Assembly (NCBI RefSeq): GCF_022539255.1
Contig: NZ_JAKZBV010000001.1
Coordinates: forward strand, 190,601-222,600
Source of the DNA: Sinomonas terrae
Lineage (GTDB): Bacteria; Actinomycetota; Actinomycetes; Actinomycetales; Micrococcaceae
Length of the DNA: 32,000 nucleotides
Reading direction: 5' to 3'
A program made the translations under genes and the position numbers. Below the pieces are notes generated by a model. That model saw nothing but the letters and a program-made list of their open reading frames with translations. It was not told the DNA's origin and did not search any database. The number at the start of each line of letters is the position of its first letter. Positions within the stretch are counted from its first letter, which is position 1. Below, piece by piece: positions 22,433 through 30,988 of the stretch.

Positions 22433-23559
22433 CCGTGCCGGCGTCGCGGACCGCTCGGGAAGGCCTCCCTCGGGCTCGGCGCCTCGCCGAGGGCGAATGG
22501 GCTTCGATCGTTGCGATGGCGGGCGTGGTGCTGGGCCTGCATCTGATCGGCTGGGGTGCGCTGCTCTGGATCACGGCGGGGCAGAACCTTCCCTCGGGCT
22601 CCGTCAGTGTCTTCGGCGTCGGGCTGGGGGCCTCGGCCTACGTCCTCGGCGTCCGGCACGCGTTCGACGCCGACCACATCGCCGCGATCGACAACACCAC
22701 CCGGAGGCTCATGCACGGTGGTGCGCGGCCCGTCTCGGTCGGGTTCTGGTTCTCCTTGGGTCATTCGAGCATCGTGTTCGGGCTGTGCGCCCTGCTCGCC
22801 TCGGGCGTCCGGGTCTTCCTGCAGCAGACAGGGGCGGACGGTTCGGGCGTGCATCAACTGCTCGCCCTCGTCGGAGCCGGGATCTCGGGACTGTTCCTGT
22901 GGATCATCGGCATCCTCAACCTGATCGTCCTGATCCGAATGGGCGCCGTGCTCCTCCACATGCGCCGTGGCGGGAAGGAGGAGGCGGCCCTCGAGCAGCT
23001 GCTCGGCCAGCGCGGCCTCATGAACCGGTTCTTCGGGCGTGCGGCGAAGGTGGCCAGGCCCTGGCAGATGTACTTCGTGGGGCTCTTGTTCGGGCTCGGC
23101 TTCGACACGGCGACCGAGGTGGGTCTCCTGGTTCTGGCCGGCGGGGCCGCGGCCTTTGCCCTGCCTTGGTACGCCATCCTGACCCTGCCCGTGCTCTTCG
23201 CCGCGGGAATGAGCCTCTTCGATTCCCTCGACGGGTGCTTCATGAACTTCGCGTACGGCTGGGCTCTCGCCCGTCCCGCCCGAAAGGTCTTCTACAACCT
23301 CCTCGTCACGGCCCTCTCGGTGGCCGTGGCTCTGGGAGTCGGCACCGTCGAGCTAGCCTCCGTCCTCGATGCGAGGGCAGGGATCACGGACGGACCGCTT
23401 GCGGCGATCGGTCGGATCGACCTCGCTACGGCCGGCTATGCCGTCACGGGCCTGTTCCTCTTCACGTGGGCCGTTGCGATCAGCATTTGGAAGTTCGCCC
23501 GGATCGAGGAACGGGAGGGCGCCCCGCGCAAGGGCGGGCGAGACAGGCTCGCGAGGTGA
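22429..23559 (+). CDS. NiCoT-family nickel/cobalt permease (HoxN/HupN/NixA type)
   Basis: It has the NiCoT signature RHAFDADHIAAIDNTTR in TM2, then FSLGHSS and LGFDTATEV. The GTG at 22429 overlaps the ABC ATPase stop; an alternative GTG lies at 22435. Confidence 0.88.
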   Translation: MTVPASRTAREGLPRARRLAEGEWASIVAMAGVVLGLHLIGWGALLWITAGQNLPSGSVSVFGVGLGASAYVLGVRHAFDADHIAAIDNTTRRLMHGGARPVSVGFWFSLGHSSIVFGLCALLASGVRVFLQQTGADGSGVHQLLALVGAGISGLFLWIIGILNLIVLIRMGAVLLHMRRGGKEEAALEQLLGQRGLMNRFFGRAAKVARPWQMYFVGLLFGLGFDTATEVGLLVLAGGAAAFALPWYAILTLPVLFAAGMSLFDSLDGCFMNFAYGWALARPARKVFYNLLVTALSVAVALGVGTVELASVLDARAGITDGPLAAIGRIDLATAGYAVTGLFLFTWAVAISIWKFARIEEREGAPRKGGRDRLAR

Positions 23560-23563
23560 TGCT

Positions 23564-24571
23564 TCAGCGCGCTGCGAGGATGTGTTCGAAGTCCTTGAGC
23601 GCTGCGGCGGCCGTGGCACGGGGGTCGGAGGCGCCTCCGATAACGGTCAGCGGGCCCATCTCATCGGTCACCGCGGTGAGGCCCTTCATGCTCCCGCGCA
23701 GATGGGCGAAGGGGTGGTCCTGCCCGTAGGTCCGGAGTTCGACGCCGGCCCGGAAGCCGCCGTCGTCGCGCTCGACGAAACCGACCAGCCGCGGCGACTG
23801 GCCCTCGCTACGCCACCGAGCGACGTCGTCCGCGCCTACGTGCCTGATTCCCTCCCGCGGGAGGGCGTCCAGACGTAGGCCGGCCCCGAGCGCCGCATTG
23901 GCGATGATGACGAGCTTCGCCGCGGTGTCCCAGCCCTCGACGTCGAAGCTCGGGTCAGGTTCGGCGATGCCGCGCTCCTGGGCGAGGGCCACCGCATCGC
24001 CGAAGCCGAGGCCGTTCATCATTTCCTCGAGGACGAGGTTCGCGGTGCCCGTGAGGACCGCTTCGAAGGAAAGGACGCGGCAGCCGGCCAGACTGTGCCG
24101 AAGGAAATCGACTGTGGGCAGGCCGGACGCTGCGGCTGCGCTGAGCCGGAGGCTTCCACCGTGGGCGTCGGCGAGGCGGAGAAGCCCGCGAAGGTCGACG
24201 ACGAGCGCCCCCTTCGAGACGGCGATCGCCTGCATGCCGCGTTCGAGGGCGCCGCGGAGGTAGAGGAGCGAGGCCCCTCCGGTGCGGTAGTCGCTCGGGC
24301 CAGCCTCGATGAGGACGTCGGCATCCATCTGACGGAGGAACGTCTCACCGGTGAGACCCTGGGCGACGCGCTCCCGGTCATCCAGCCGGGCGGGCTCGAG
24401 CCCTGCGAGGTCGATGAGGCCAGCGGCAGAGCCGCAGACTCCGGTGATCCGCACGTCGGCGCCGTAGCGCTCCCTGTAAGCCTCACGCCGGGCGAGCAGC
24501 ATCTGGGCGATCCGGCGTCCGATGCTCCCAAAGCCCGTGATGGCGACGGCGATGTTCCGCTCGGTCTTCAT
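23564..24571 (-). CDS. Homoserine dehydrogenase family oxidoreductase (no ACT domain)
   Basis: It has the N-terminal Rossmann motif IAVAITGFGSIGRRIAQML. The C-terminal catalytic-domain pattern is VLTGTANLVLEEM...AQERGIAEPDPSFDVEGWDTAAKLVIIAN. It is convergent with the NiCoT gene, 4 nt apart. Confidence 0.75.
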   Translation of the reverse strand: MKTERNIAVAITGFGSIGRRIAQMLLARREAYRERYGADVRITGVCGSAAGLIDLAGLEPARLDDRERVAQGLTGETFLRQMDADVLIEAGPSDYRTGGASLLYLRGALERGMQAIAVSKGALVVDLRGLLRLADAHGGSLRLSAAAASGLPTVDFLRHSLAGCRVLSFEAVLTGTANLVLEEMMNGLGFGDAVALAQERGIAEPDPSFDVEGWDTAAKLVIIANAALGAGLRLDALPREGIRHVGADDVARWRSEGQSPRLVGFVERDDGGFRAGVELRTYGQDHPFAHLRGSMKGLTAVTDEMGPLTVIGGASDPRATAAAALKDFEHILAAR

Positions 24572-24647
24572 GGCGGGCCCCAGCGTAGCATTTTCGATTT
24601 GCCGCTGACCCTGTGACTCCAGCTGTCATGCTCGCGACACGCCATCA

Positions 24648-24698
24648 AATAGACATGTCTAAAGGCTGTTGTACACGCACAATTGACATGTCCAACGG
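24648..24698. promoter_or_regulatory. Two copies of an 18-nt element with a GACATGTC palindromic core, upstream of the sigma factor gene
   Basis: The copies are AAATAGACATGTCTAAAGG (core 24652-24659) and AATTGACATGTCCAACGG (core 24685-24692). Their centres are 33 bp apart, in the AT-richest part of a 201-bp divergent intergenic region. The second copy contains TTGACA. Confidence 0.45.
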
Positions 24699-24772
24699 AA
24701 GCCCTGACGCGCGGGGGAAAGCGGGTCTCACGCTTGGGCTCCATTGACGACATTCGTCTCGCAGGAGTGTAG

Positions 24773-25579
24773 GTGAAGATCGAAGAACGCAACCGCCTGG
24801 TGGTGGAGCATCTCCCGCTCGTGGGCTATCTGGTCTCAGACCTGTGCGCCCGAGCCACCCACCTCTCCCGCGAGGACATGGCATCCGCTGGCTCGCTCGG
24901 CCTCGTGCTTGCGGCCGAGTCGTTCGACCCGAGCACAGGGGTTCCCTTCGGGGCCTTCGCCCGGCGCCGCATCACCGGGGCACTCATGGATGAGCTCCGG
25001 TCCCTGGACTGGGCGGGCCGAGGGGCGCGCAAGCGCATGAAGGCGGTCGGCGCCGTGACGGAGACCCTCACGAGCAGCCTTGGCCGGAAGCCCTCCCATG
25101 ATGAGATCGCGGCTGCCCTCGGAGTGAGCCGTGAGACCGTCGACGAGGCCGCCGCCGACGCGGCCCGCACGGTGAGTCCCCTCGACGAGACCGTCTCCGA
25201 CACGCTCGTGGCCGACGCGGTCGCCCCCGAGGAAGCGACCTTGGCGGGCGAGCGAACGCGCTACCTGCGCGCCGCCGTGGACTCGCTTCCCGAGCGGCTG
25301 CGGCTCGTGGTGACGGCGATCTACCTCGAGGGCGGCTCGGTCAAGGACGTCGCCGAGAGGCTCGGTATCAGCTCATCCGCCGTGTCCCAGCAGAGGAGCG
25401 AGGCGATCCGCCTCCTCCGCGAAGGCCTCGCCGTGCACTACGCGGACGGTCCCGAGGCGGCCCCGGCCGTCGAATCCCGGTCCATGTCGCCACGCCGCGC
25501 CGCCTATCTCGAAAGCTTCGCGGAGGCAGTCCGGGGCGCGGCCTCCGGTCATCGTCTCGTATCCCCGGCGGCGTCGTAA
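24773..25579 (+). CDS. fliA: FliA/WhiG-type (sigma-28 group) RNA polymerase sigma factor
   Basis: Region 2 reads RNRLVVEHLPLVGYLVSDL...GSLGLVLAAESFDPSTGVPFGAFARRRITGALMDELRSLDW. Region 4.2 HTH reads SVKDVAERLGISSSAVSQQRSEAIRLLR. The GTG start has an AGGAG 7 nt upstream. Confidence 0.8.
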   Translation: MKIEERNRLVVEHLPLVGYLVSDLCARATHLSREDMASAGSLGLVLAAESFDPSTGVPFGAFARRRITGALMDELRSLDWAGRGARKRMKAVGAVTETLTSSLGRKPSHDEIAAALGVSRETVDEAAADAARTVSPLDETVSDTLVADAVAPEEATLAGERTRYLRAAVDSLPERLRLVVTAIYLEGGSVKDVAERLGISSSAVSQQRSEAIRLLREGLAVHYADGPEAAPAVESRSMSPRRAAYLESFAEAVRGAASGHRLVSPAAS

Positions 25580-25633
25580 GTTTCTGCAAGCCGCAATACA
25601 CTGCACCCAAGACTCAGCGTTGAGGGAGGCCCA

Positions 25634-26851
25634 GTGGACGTCGGCGTCGCGCGTGAAAGCATCCTTGGGGAGAAGCGCGTCGCGGTCACTCCGGAATCGG
25701 CGAGGCAGCTCATCGGGCTGGGGCTCGGCGTCGTCGTCGAAGCGGGCGCGGGTGCGGCGGCAGGCTACCCAGACGCCGCGTACGCTGCGGAGGGCGCGCG
25801 GATCGTCCCGTCCCTCGATGTGGCGACGGTCGACGTCATCGCCCACGTCCGCCCGCTCGATCCCCCAGCAGCGGCCCGCCTGAAGCCAGCGACGGTCACG
25901 GTTGGTCTCGCCTCGCCGTCGTCCGAATTGCCCACCGTCCGCGCGCTCGCGGAGGGGCGCGTCACGGCTTTCGCGCTCGAACTCGTGCCGCGGATCTCCC
26001 GCGCGCAGTCGATGGACGCGCTCACCTCGCAGGCCCTCGTGACGGGTTATCGCTGCGTGCTCGAGGCGGCGATACGGCTTCCGCGGTTCTTCCCCCTCTA
26101 CATGACGGCTGCCGGGACGATTCCGCCCGCCCGCGTCCTCGTCCTCGGCGCCGGTGTCGCCGGCTTGCAAGCCATCGGCACTGCGAAGCGGCTCGGGGCG
26201 CGCGTCTCCGCGAACGATATCCGCCCGGCCTCGGCCGACGAGGTCGCGTCGATGGGTGGGACGTTCATCCGGCTGGACCTGGAATCGGCCGAGGCCGCGG
26301 GCGGTTACGCGCGAGAGCTCGGTGCGGACCGGGCAGTGCTCCAGCGTCAGCTCCTCGCGCCCCACGTCGCGGAGGCGGACGTCCTCATCACCACCGCAGC
26401 CGTGCCGGGCCGCCCCGCACCGCTCCTCGTGACGAGGGATATGGTCGCCGCCATGCGCCCGGGGTCAGTCGTCGTGGACATGGCCGCGGAGTCGGGAGGC
26501 AACGTCGAGGGCTCGGTCGCGGGGGTGGACGTCGTCGTCCCGACGGCCGACGGTTCCGGCGAGGTCACGGTCGTCGGCCTCAAGGACGCCGCCTCGGCCA
26601 TGGCCTCCGACGCATCGCGCCTCTATGCGAAGAACGTCGCCAACTTCATTGCGCTCCTGACGCGGGAGGGGGAGGTTCACCCCGACTTCGACGACGAGGT
26701 CGTCGCCGGAGCATGCCTGACGCACGACGGCGGCGTCCTGCACGAGCCCACCGCGCAGGCTCTCGCGGCGCTCGCCGCGGCGACGGGATCGCCGGTGCTG
26801 AGGGCAGGCGAGGGGCGGGAGGACGAGGAGATCGAGGGAGGGGCAGGCTGA
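25634..26851 (+). CDS. pntAA: NAD(P) transhydrogenase subunit alpha part 1
   Basis: VGVARESILGEKRVAVTPESARQLIGLG, the Rossmann motif VLVLGAGVAGLQAIGTAKRLGA and VVDMAAESGGN fit the AlaDH/PNT family. The GTG start follows GAGGGAGG. Confidence 0.9.
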   Translation: MDVGVARESILGEKRVAVTPESARQLIGLGLGVVVEAGAGAAAGYPDAAYAAEGARIVPSLDVATVDVIAHVRPLDPPAAARLKPATVTVGLASPSSELPTVRALAEGRVTAFALELVPRISRAQSMDALTSQALVTGYRCVLEAAIRLPRFFPLYMTAAGTIPPARVLVLGAGVAGLQAIGTAKRLGARVSANDIRPASADEVASMGGTFIRLDLESAEAAGGYARELGADRAVLQRQLLAPHVAEADVLITTAAVPGRPAPLLVTRDMVAAMRPGSVVVDMAAESGGNVEGSVAGVDVVVPTADGSGEVTVVGLKDAASAMASDASRLYAKNVANFIALLTREGEVHPDFDDEVVAGACLTHDGGVLHEPTAQALAALAAATGSPVLRAGEGREDEEIEGGAG

Positions 26852-27174
26852 TGGGCGGAGTTCAGCTTCTCACGATCACGGTTTTGGCCGTGTTCGTGGG
26901 GTTCGAGGTGGTCTCGAAGGTCTCGAGCATCCTGCACACCCCGCTCATGTCGGGGGCGAACGCGATCCACGGCATCATCCTCGTCGGTGCCATCACGGTG
27001 GCCGGCCAGGCGACGGACGGGTGGGTGCTCGCGGTGGCGCTGCTCGCCGTCGTCCTCGCGACGGCCAATCTCGTGGGCGGGTTCGTCGTCACCGACCGGA
27101 TGCTGGAGATGTTCCGCGGCCTGAAGTCCGCGGGGCAGGAAACGGTTCAGGGCCCGGGGCGGGAGGCGAAGTGA
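26851..27174 (+). CDS. pntAB: NAD(P) transhydrogenase subunit alpha part 2 (membrane)
   Basis: LLTITVLAVFVGFEVVSKVSSILHTPLMSGANAIHGIILVGAI is the conserved PntAB sequence. The ATG overlaps the pntAA stop (CTGATG). Confidence 0.9.
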   Translation: MGGVQLLTITVLAVFVGFEVVSKVSSILHTPLMSGANAIHGIILVGAITVAGQATDGWVLAVALLAVVLATANLVGGFVVTDRMLEMFRGLKSAGQETVQGPGREAK

Positions 27175-28544
27175 CGCTCATCGCCCCGACGTGGACGGCC
27201 CTGCTGTACCTCGTCTCTGCCGTCTGCTTCATCCTCGCCCTCAAGGGGCTCAGCTCGCCCAAGCACGCGCGCCGGGGGAATCTGGTCGGTGCATTCGGCG
27301 CCTTGATCGCGCTCGTGACGGTCTTCCTCTCCAGCCGGCTCGAGAACCTGCCGTGGATCCTCGCCGCGATGGTGCTTGGTACCGCGATAGCTGCTCCCGT
27401 GGCCCGCCGGGTCAAGATGACCCAGATGCCGCAACTCGTCGCGATGTTCAACGGCGTGGGCGGCGGAGCGGCCGCGCTCGTCGCGCTGCTCGAACTCCCG
27501 CACGCCGAGGACGGCTGGCTACGGGTCGCGATCGTGTTCACGCTGCTCGTGGGGGCGATCTCGTTCGCCGGCTCTGGCGTGACGTTCGCCAAGCTCCAGG
27601 AGCTCATGACCACTCGGCCCGTCGTGTTCCTTGGCCTGCCCGTGCTCATGGGGGCAGTGCTCGTTGCCGCGGTGGGCACCGCCGCGCTCGTTGTGGCGAC
27701 GGGTTCGGTGGGACTCGCCGTCGTCGTCCTCGCGGTGGGGCTCGTCGCTGGGCTTCTCTTGGTCCTGCCCGTCGGCGGCGCCGACGTGCCGATCGTGATC
27801 TCGCTGCTCAACGCGTTCACGGGCCTCGCCGTCGCCGCGTCGGGGCTCGTGCTCGGCAACGTGCTGCTCGTCGTCGCCGGCACGCTCGTGGGTGCATCGG
27901 GCACGATCCTCACCCGGCTCATGGCCGCCGCGATGGGCCGGAGCGTCTCTGGGATCATGTTCGGCGCGTTCAAGGGAGGCTCGACCGCGGGGTCGACCGT
28001 GGCGAGCGAGAGGCCTGTCCGCTCCTCGAATCCCGAGGACGTCGCGGTGCTGCTCGGGTATGCGCAGCGGGTGATCATCGTTCCCGGGTATGGGCTCGCC
28101 GTCGCGCAGGGCCAGCACACGGCTGCTGAGCTCGCGCAGACCCTCGAATCGCGTGGCGTGGACGTCGAGTTCGCGATCCATCCCGTGGCGGGGCGGATGC
28201 CCGGGCACATGAACGTGCTGCTCGCCGAGGCCAATGTGCCGTACGAGTCGCTCAAGGAGATGAGCGAGGTCAACGGGGACTTCAAGCAGGCCGACGTGGC
28301 TCTCGTAGTGGGCGCCAACGACGTGGTCAATCCCGCGGCCAAGACCACGCCGGGGTCTCCGATCTACGGAATGCCGATCCTTGAGGCAGGGGACGCGCGC
28401 CAGGTCGTGTTCCTCAAGAGGTCGATGAGGCCCGGGTTCGCCGGGATCGAGAACGAGCTTCTGTACGAACCGCAGACGACGCTTCTGTTCGGCGACGCGA
28501 AGGAGTCGCTCGCGAAGGTGCTTTCGGCGGTCAAGGCCCTCTAA
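27171..28544 (+). CDS. pntB: NAD(P) transhydrogenase subunit beta
   Basis: The GTG at 27171 overlaps the pntAB stop. N-terminal TM helices (LLYLVSAVCFILALKGLSSPKHARRGN) are followed by the C-terminal NADP(H) domain PGYGLAVAQGQH...HPVAGRMPGHMNVLLAEA...GANDVVNPAA. Confidence 0.92.
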   Translation: MTLIAPTWTALLYLVSAVCFILALKGLSSPKHARRGNLVGAFGALIALVTVFLSSRLENLPWILAAMVLGTAIAAPVARRVKMTQMPQLVAMFNGVGGGAAALVALLELPHAEDGWLRVAIVFTLLVGAISFAGSGVTFAKLQELMTTRPVVFLGLPVLMGAVLVAAVGTAALVVATGSVGLAVVVLAVGLVAGLLLVLPVGGADVPIVISLLNAFTGLAVAASGLVLGNVLLVVAGTLVGASGTILTRLMAAAMGRSVSGIMFGAFKGGSTAGSTVASERPVRSSNPEDVAVLLGYAQRVIIVPGYGLAVAQGQHTAAELAQTLESRGVDVEFAIHPVAGRMPGHMNVLLAEANVPYESLKEMSEVNGDFKQADVALVVGANDVVNPAAKTTPGSPIYGMPILEAGDARQVVFLKRSMRPGFAGIENELLYEPQTTLLFGDAKESLAKVLSAVKAL

Positions 28545-28606
28545 CGCCTTGGGGCCTCGCTCCGGCCCACTTCTGCCCGCGCGACACTCGGGATCCGCGC
28601 GACTCG

Positions 28607-28652
28607 CCGCGCTCCCGACCGATTGGGAAAACACAACCGGGCGGGAGCGCGG
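28607..28652. terminator. Long-stem hairpin between convergent pntB and the LLM monooxygenase gene (candidate bidirectional terminator)
   Basis: CCGCGCTCCCG (28607-28617) pairs perfectly with CGGGAGCGCGG (28642-28652). That is an 11-bp GC-rich stem with a 24-nt loop and no U-tract. Confidence 0.4.
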
Positions 28653-28663
28653 GGAGGTGCGGG

Positions 28664-30001
28664 TCAGACGCCTGCCAGGCGCCCGGCCTCGTACTGGTTC
28701 GCTGGACGCGGCAGCCCGTAGTGCTCCCGGAGCGTGCTGCCGGTGTACTCCTCCCGGAACAGGCCGCGGGCCTGGAGCAGCGGCACCACGTGGTCCACGA
28801 ACTCCTCGAGCCCGGACGGCAGAGCGGCAGCCATGATGTTGAACCCGTCGGCTGCCCCGCCCAAGAACCAGGACTCGATCTCATCCGCGACCTGCTCGGG
28901 CGTGCCCGCCAATGTCCGATGCCCGCGGCCCCCGCCGAGACGCCCGATGAGCTCGCGCACGGTGAGCCGCTCGCGCCGAGCGAGCGCGACGATGAGCGTG
29001 TACCGGCTCTTCGCACCCTCGATCTCGTCCTCGTCCGGCAGGTCGGCAGGAAGCTCCCGGTCGAGCGGCAGGTCCTCCGGGGCAACGCGCAGGGTCTTCG
29101 CTAGCTCATTCCGCGCGTACTCAGGACGGATGAGCTCGTCGAGTTCGCGCTCGCGCCGCAGCGCCTCGGCCACTGTCCCGCCAAGCACTGGCACGATCCC
29201 GGGCAGGATCTTGATGCCCTCCGGATTGCGGCCGACGACTGCGGTTCGCACCTTGAGGTCGTTGTAGAACGCCTGTGCTTCTTCGAGGGTCTGCTGGGCG
29301 GTGAACACTGCCTCGGCGTACCACGCGGCCAGGACCTTCCCGTCCTCGGACGAGCCCGCCTGGACGATCACGGGCCGGCCTTGCGGGGAGCGGGGCACGT
29401 CGAGCGGTCCGCGCACCGAGAAGTGCTCTCCCGCGTGGTCGACGGCCCGCACCCGCTCCGCGTCCGCCCAGACGCCGGCCGCCTTGTCGGCCAGGACGGC
29501 GTCGTCGTCCCATGAATCCCACAGCTTGAAGGCGACTTCGAGGAACTCGGCTGCGCGTTCGTATCTCGCACGGTGCAGGGGCTGGTCCTCGAGACCGAAG
29601 TTTCGCGCGGCGTCTGCCCCCGCCGTTGTCACGACGTTCCAGCCCGCGCGGCCACCGGAAAGGTGGTCGATCGAGGCGAACCGCCGCGCGAGGTTGTACG
29701 GCGAGTTGTAGCTCGTCGAGGCGGTCGCAATCAGCCCGATCTGCTCCGTCGCCGCTGCGAGGGCGGCGAGCAGCACGGTGGGTTCGACAGCCCCCACGGG
29801 CCGTCGGCCAACGGAACCGAACAGGACGGGTGAGTCGGCGAAGAAGACGGAATCGAACTTGCCGCGCTCCGCGGTCTGAGCCAGCCGCGTGAAGTGGGCG
29901 AGGCTCGTTCCGGCGTGTGGATCGCTTTCGGGCAGCCGCCACGACGCCTCGTGGTGGCCTGTGCTCATGAGGAACGCATTGAGATGCAGCTTCTTCGCCA
30001 C
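28664..30001 (-). CDS. LLM-class flavin-dependent monooxygenase (NtaA/SnaA/DszA/SsuD-like family)
   Basis: The GTG at 30001 begins VAKKLHLNAFLMSTGHHEASWRLPESDP...GKFDSVFFADS...GRAGWNVVTT, which is typical of NtaA/DszA-type monooxygenases (446 aa). The 664-aa ORF extension upstream overlaps tauD and is rejected. Confidence 0.82.
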   Translation of the reverse strand: MAKKLHLNAFLMSTGHHEASWRLPESDPHAGTSLAHFTRLAQTAERGKFDSVFFADSPVLFGSVGRRPVGAVEPTVLLAALAAATEQIGLIATASTSYNSPYNLARRFASIDHLSGGRAGWNVVTTAGADAARNFGLEDQPLHRARYERAAEFLEVAFKLWDSWDDDAVLADKAAGVWADAERVRAVDHAGEHFSVRGPLDVPRSPQGRPVIVQAGSSEDGKVLAAWYAEAVFTAQQTLEEAQAFYNDLKVRTAVVGRNPEGIKILPGIVPVLGGTVAEALRRERELDELIRPEYARNELAKTLRVAPEDLPLDRELPADLPDEDEIEGAKSRYTLIVALARRERLTVRELIGRLGGGRGHRTLAGTPEQVADEIESWFLGGAADGFNIMAAALPSGLEEFVDHVVPLLQARGLFREEYTGSTLREHYGLPRPANQYEAGRLAGV

Positions 30002-30003
30002 GG

Positions 30004-30957
30004 TCAACCACCCGTCCCGACGGAGGCAACCTCGGACCCGACGGCGACAATCTGGGAGTAGTGCGAGGAATCGCCCTCGATGGCCTGGCTCTGGGTCCCC
30101 TCCACCCCTCTGGGAATGTCTCCGGCGACGGTCACTCGATTGAGCTTGCGCGGCTGGTCGTCGTAGTTGGACGGCGCATAGTGCTGAGTGATCCGGTTGT
30201 CGAAGAGGACGAGCTGGTTCGGCTCCCAGCTCACGCGCACCACGTTCTCGGGCCGCGTGATGTAGGCCTGCAGGAGGCGCAGGATGTCCCTCGATTCCGT
30301 GTTGGAGAGCCCCACTATCCGCAGCCGCTGGGCGAAGCCGCCGATGAACAGGCCTCGCTCGCCGGTCAGGGGATGCACGCGGACCACGGGGTGCGCGGTC
30401 TGGTACTTGACGCGTGTGAAGACCTTGCGGCGCTCCTCGGCCCCCGCGTGCTCGAGGTTCTTCGGCACGGCGTAGTCGTAGTCGTTGGTGTGGATGGCCC
30501 AGAGGGTGTCGGCGAAGTTCCGCAGCTCGGTGGGAAGGTCCTGGTAGGCGCCGGCGGAGGAGGCGATGAGCGTCTCGCCGCCGTACGCGGGCACGATAAC
30601 GCTCCGCAAGGTCGAGGCCTGCGGCGGGTTCAGCACAAACGTGACATCGGTGTGCCATGTGTTGGCCGAGCCGTCCTCGCTGTCGACGGGCAGCACGTTC
30701 TCGGCGCCGTCGACGGAGGCAACCGTCGGGTGTGCCTTGGTGAGCGGACCGAATCGCGAGGCGAAGCGGACCTGCTCCTCGTCCGTGCGGATGTTGGCCT
30801 CGCGGAACACGAGGGCCTTGTGCTGGTTGAGGGCATGGCGGATCTGGGCGACTACCTCGTCCGGGAGGTCCTGGCTGAGGTCGAGACCCCGGATTTCCGC
30901 TCCGATGCGTGAGCCGAGCTTGGTGAATTCGAGCTGAGTTTCAAGGGCGGTGGTCAT
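30004..30957 (-). CDS. tauD: TauD/TfdA-family Fe(II)/2-oxoglutarate dioxygenase
   Basis: LGSRIGAEIRGLDLSQ...ALNQHKALVFR...WHTDVTF (HxD iron ligands)...ETLIAS...WAIHTN...VHPLTGERGLFIGGF fits the family. The ATG at 30957 is in frame with ORF 30004-31038. Confidence 0.85.
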   Translation of the reverse strand: MTTALETQLEFTKLGSRIGAEIRGLDLSQDLPDEVVAQIRHALNQHKALVFREANIRTDEEQVRFASRFGPLTKAHPTVASVDGAENVLPVDSEDGSANTWHTDVTFVLNPPQASTLRSVIVPAYGGETLIASSAGAYQDLPTELRNFADTLWAIHTNDYDYAVPKNLEHAGAEERRKVFTRVKYQTAHPVVRVHPLTGERGLFIGGFAQRLRIVGLSNTESRDILRLLQAYITRPENVVRVSWEPNQLVLFDNRITQHYAPSNYDDQPRKLNRVTVAGDIPRGVEGTQSQAIEGDSSHYSQIVAVGSEVASVGTGG

Positions 30958-30988
30958 TGTTGGATTCCTTTTGGTTGGTTCCGATGAG

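Noticed and set aside
24628-24747. 39-codon ORF (MLATRHQIDMSKGCCTRTIDMSNGSPDARGKAGLTLGLH) with a repeated IDMSxG motif and a CC pair, which looks superficially like a RiPP precursor
   Set aside because: The peptide repeat is simply the translation of the two DNA dyad elements. Codons in that part end mostly in A/T (caa, ata, tct, aaa, tgt, aca, att), unlike genuine genes here. There is no Shine-Dalgarno and no modifying enzymes are nearby.
30002-30658. N-terminal 219-codon extension of the LLM monooxygenase ORF (28664-30658 as listed)
   Set aside because: The extension is antisense or off-frame to the well-supported tauD gene and is Arg/Pro-rich. The family-typical N-terminus (KLHLNAFLMSTGHH) starts at the GTG at 30001, which gives a normal 446-aa protein.
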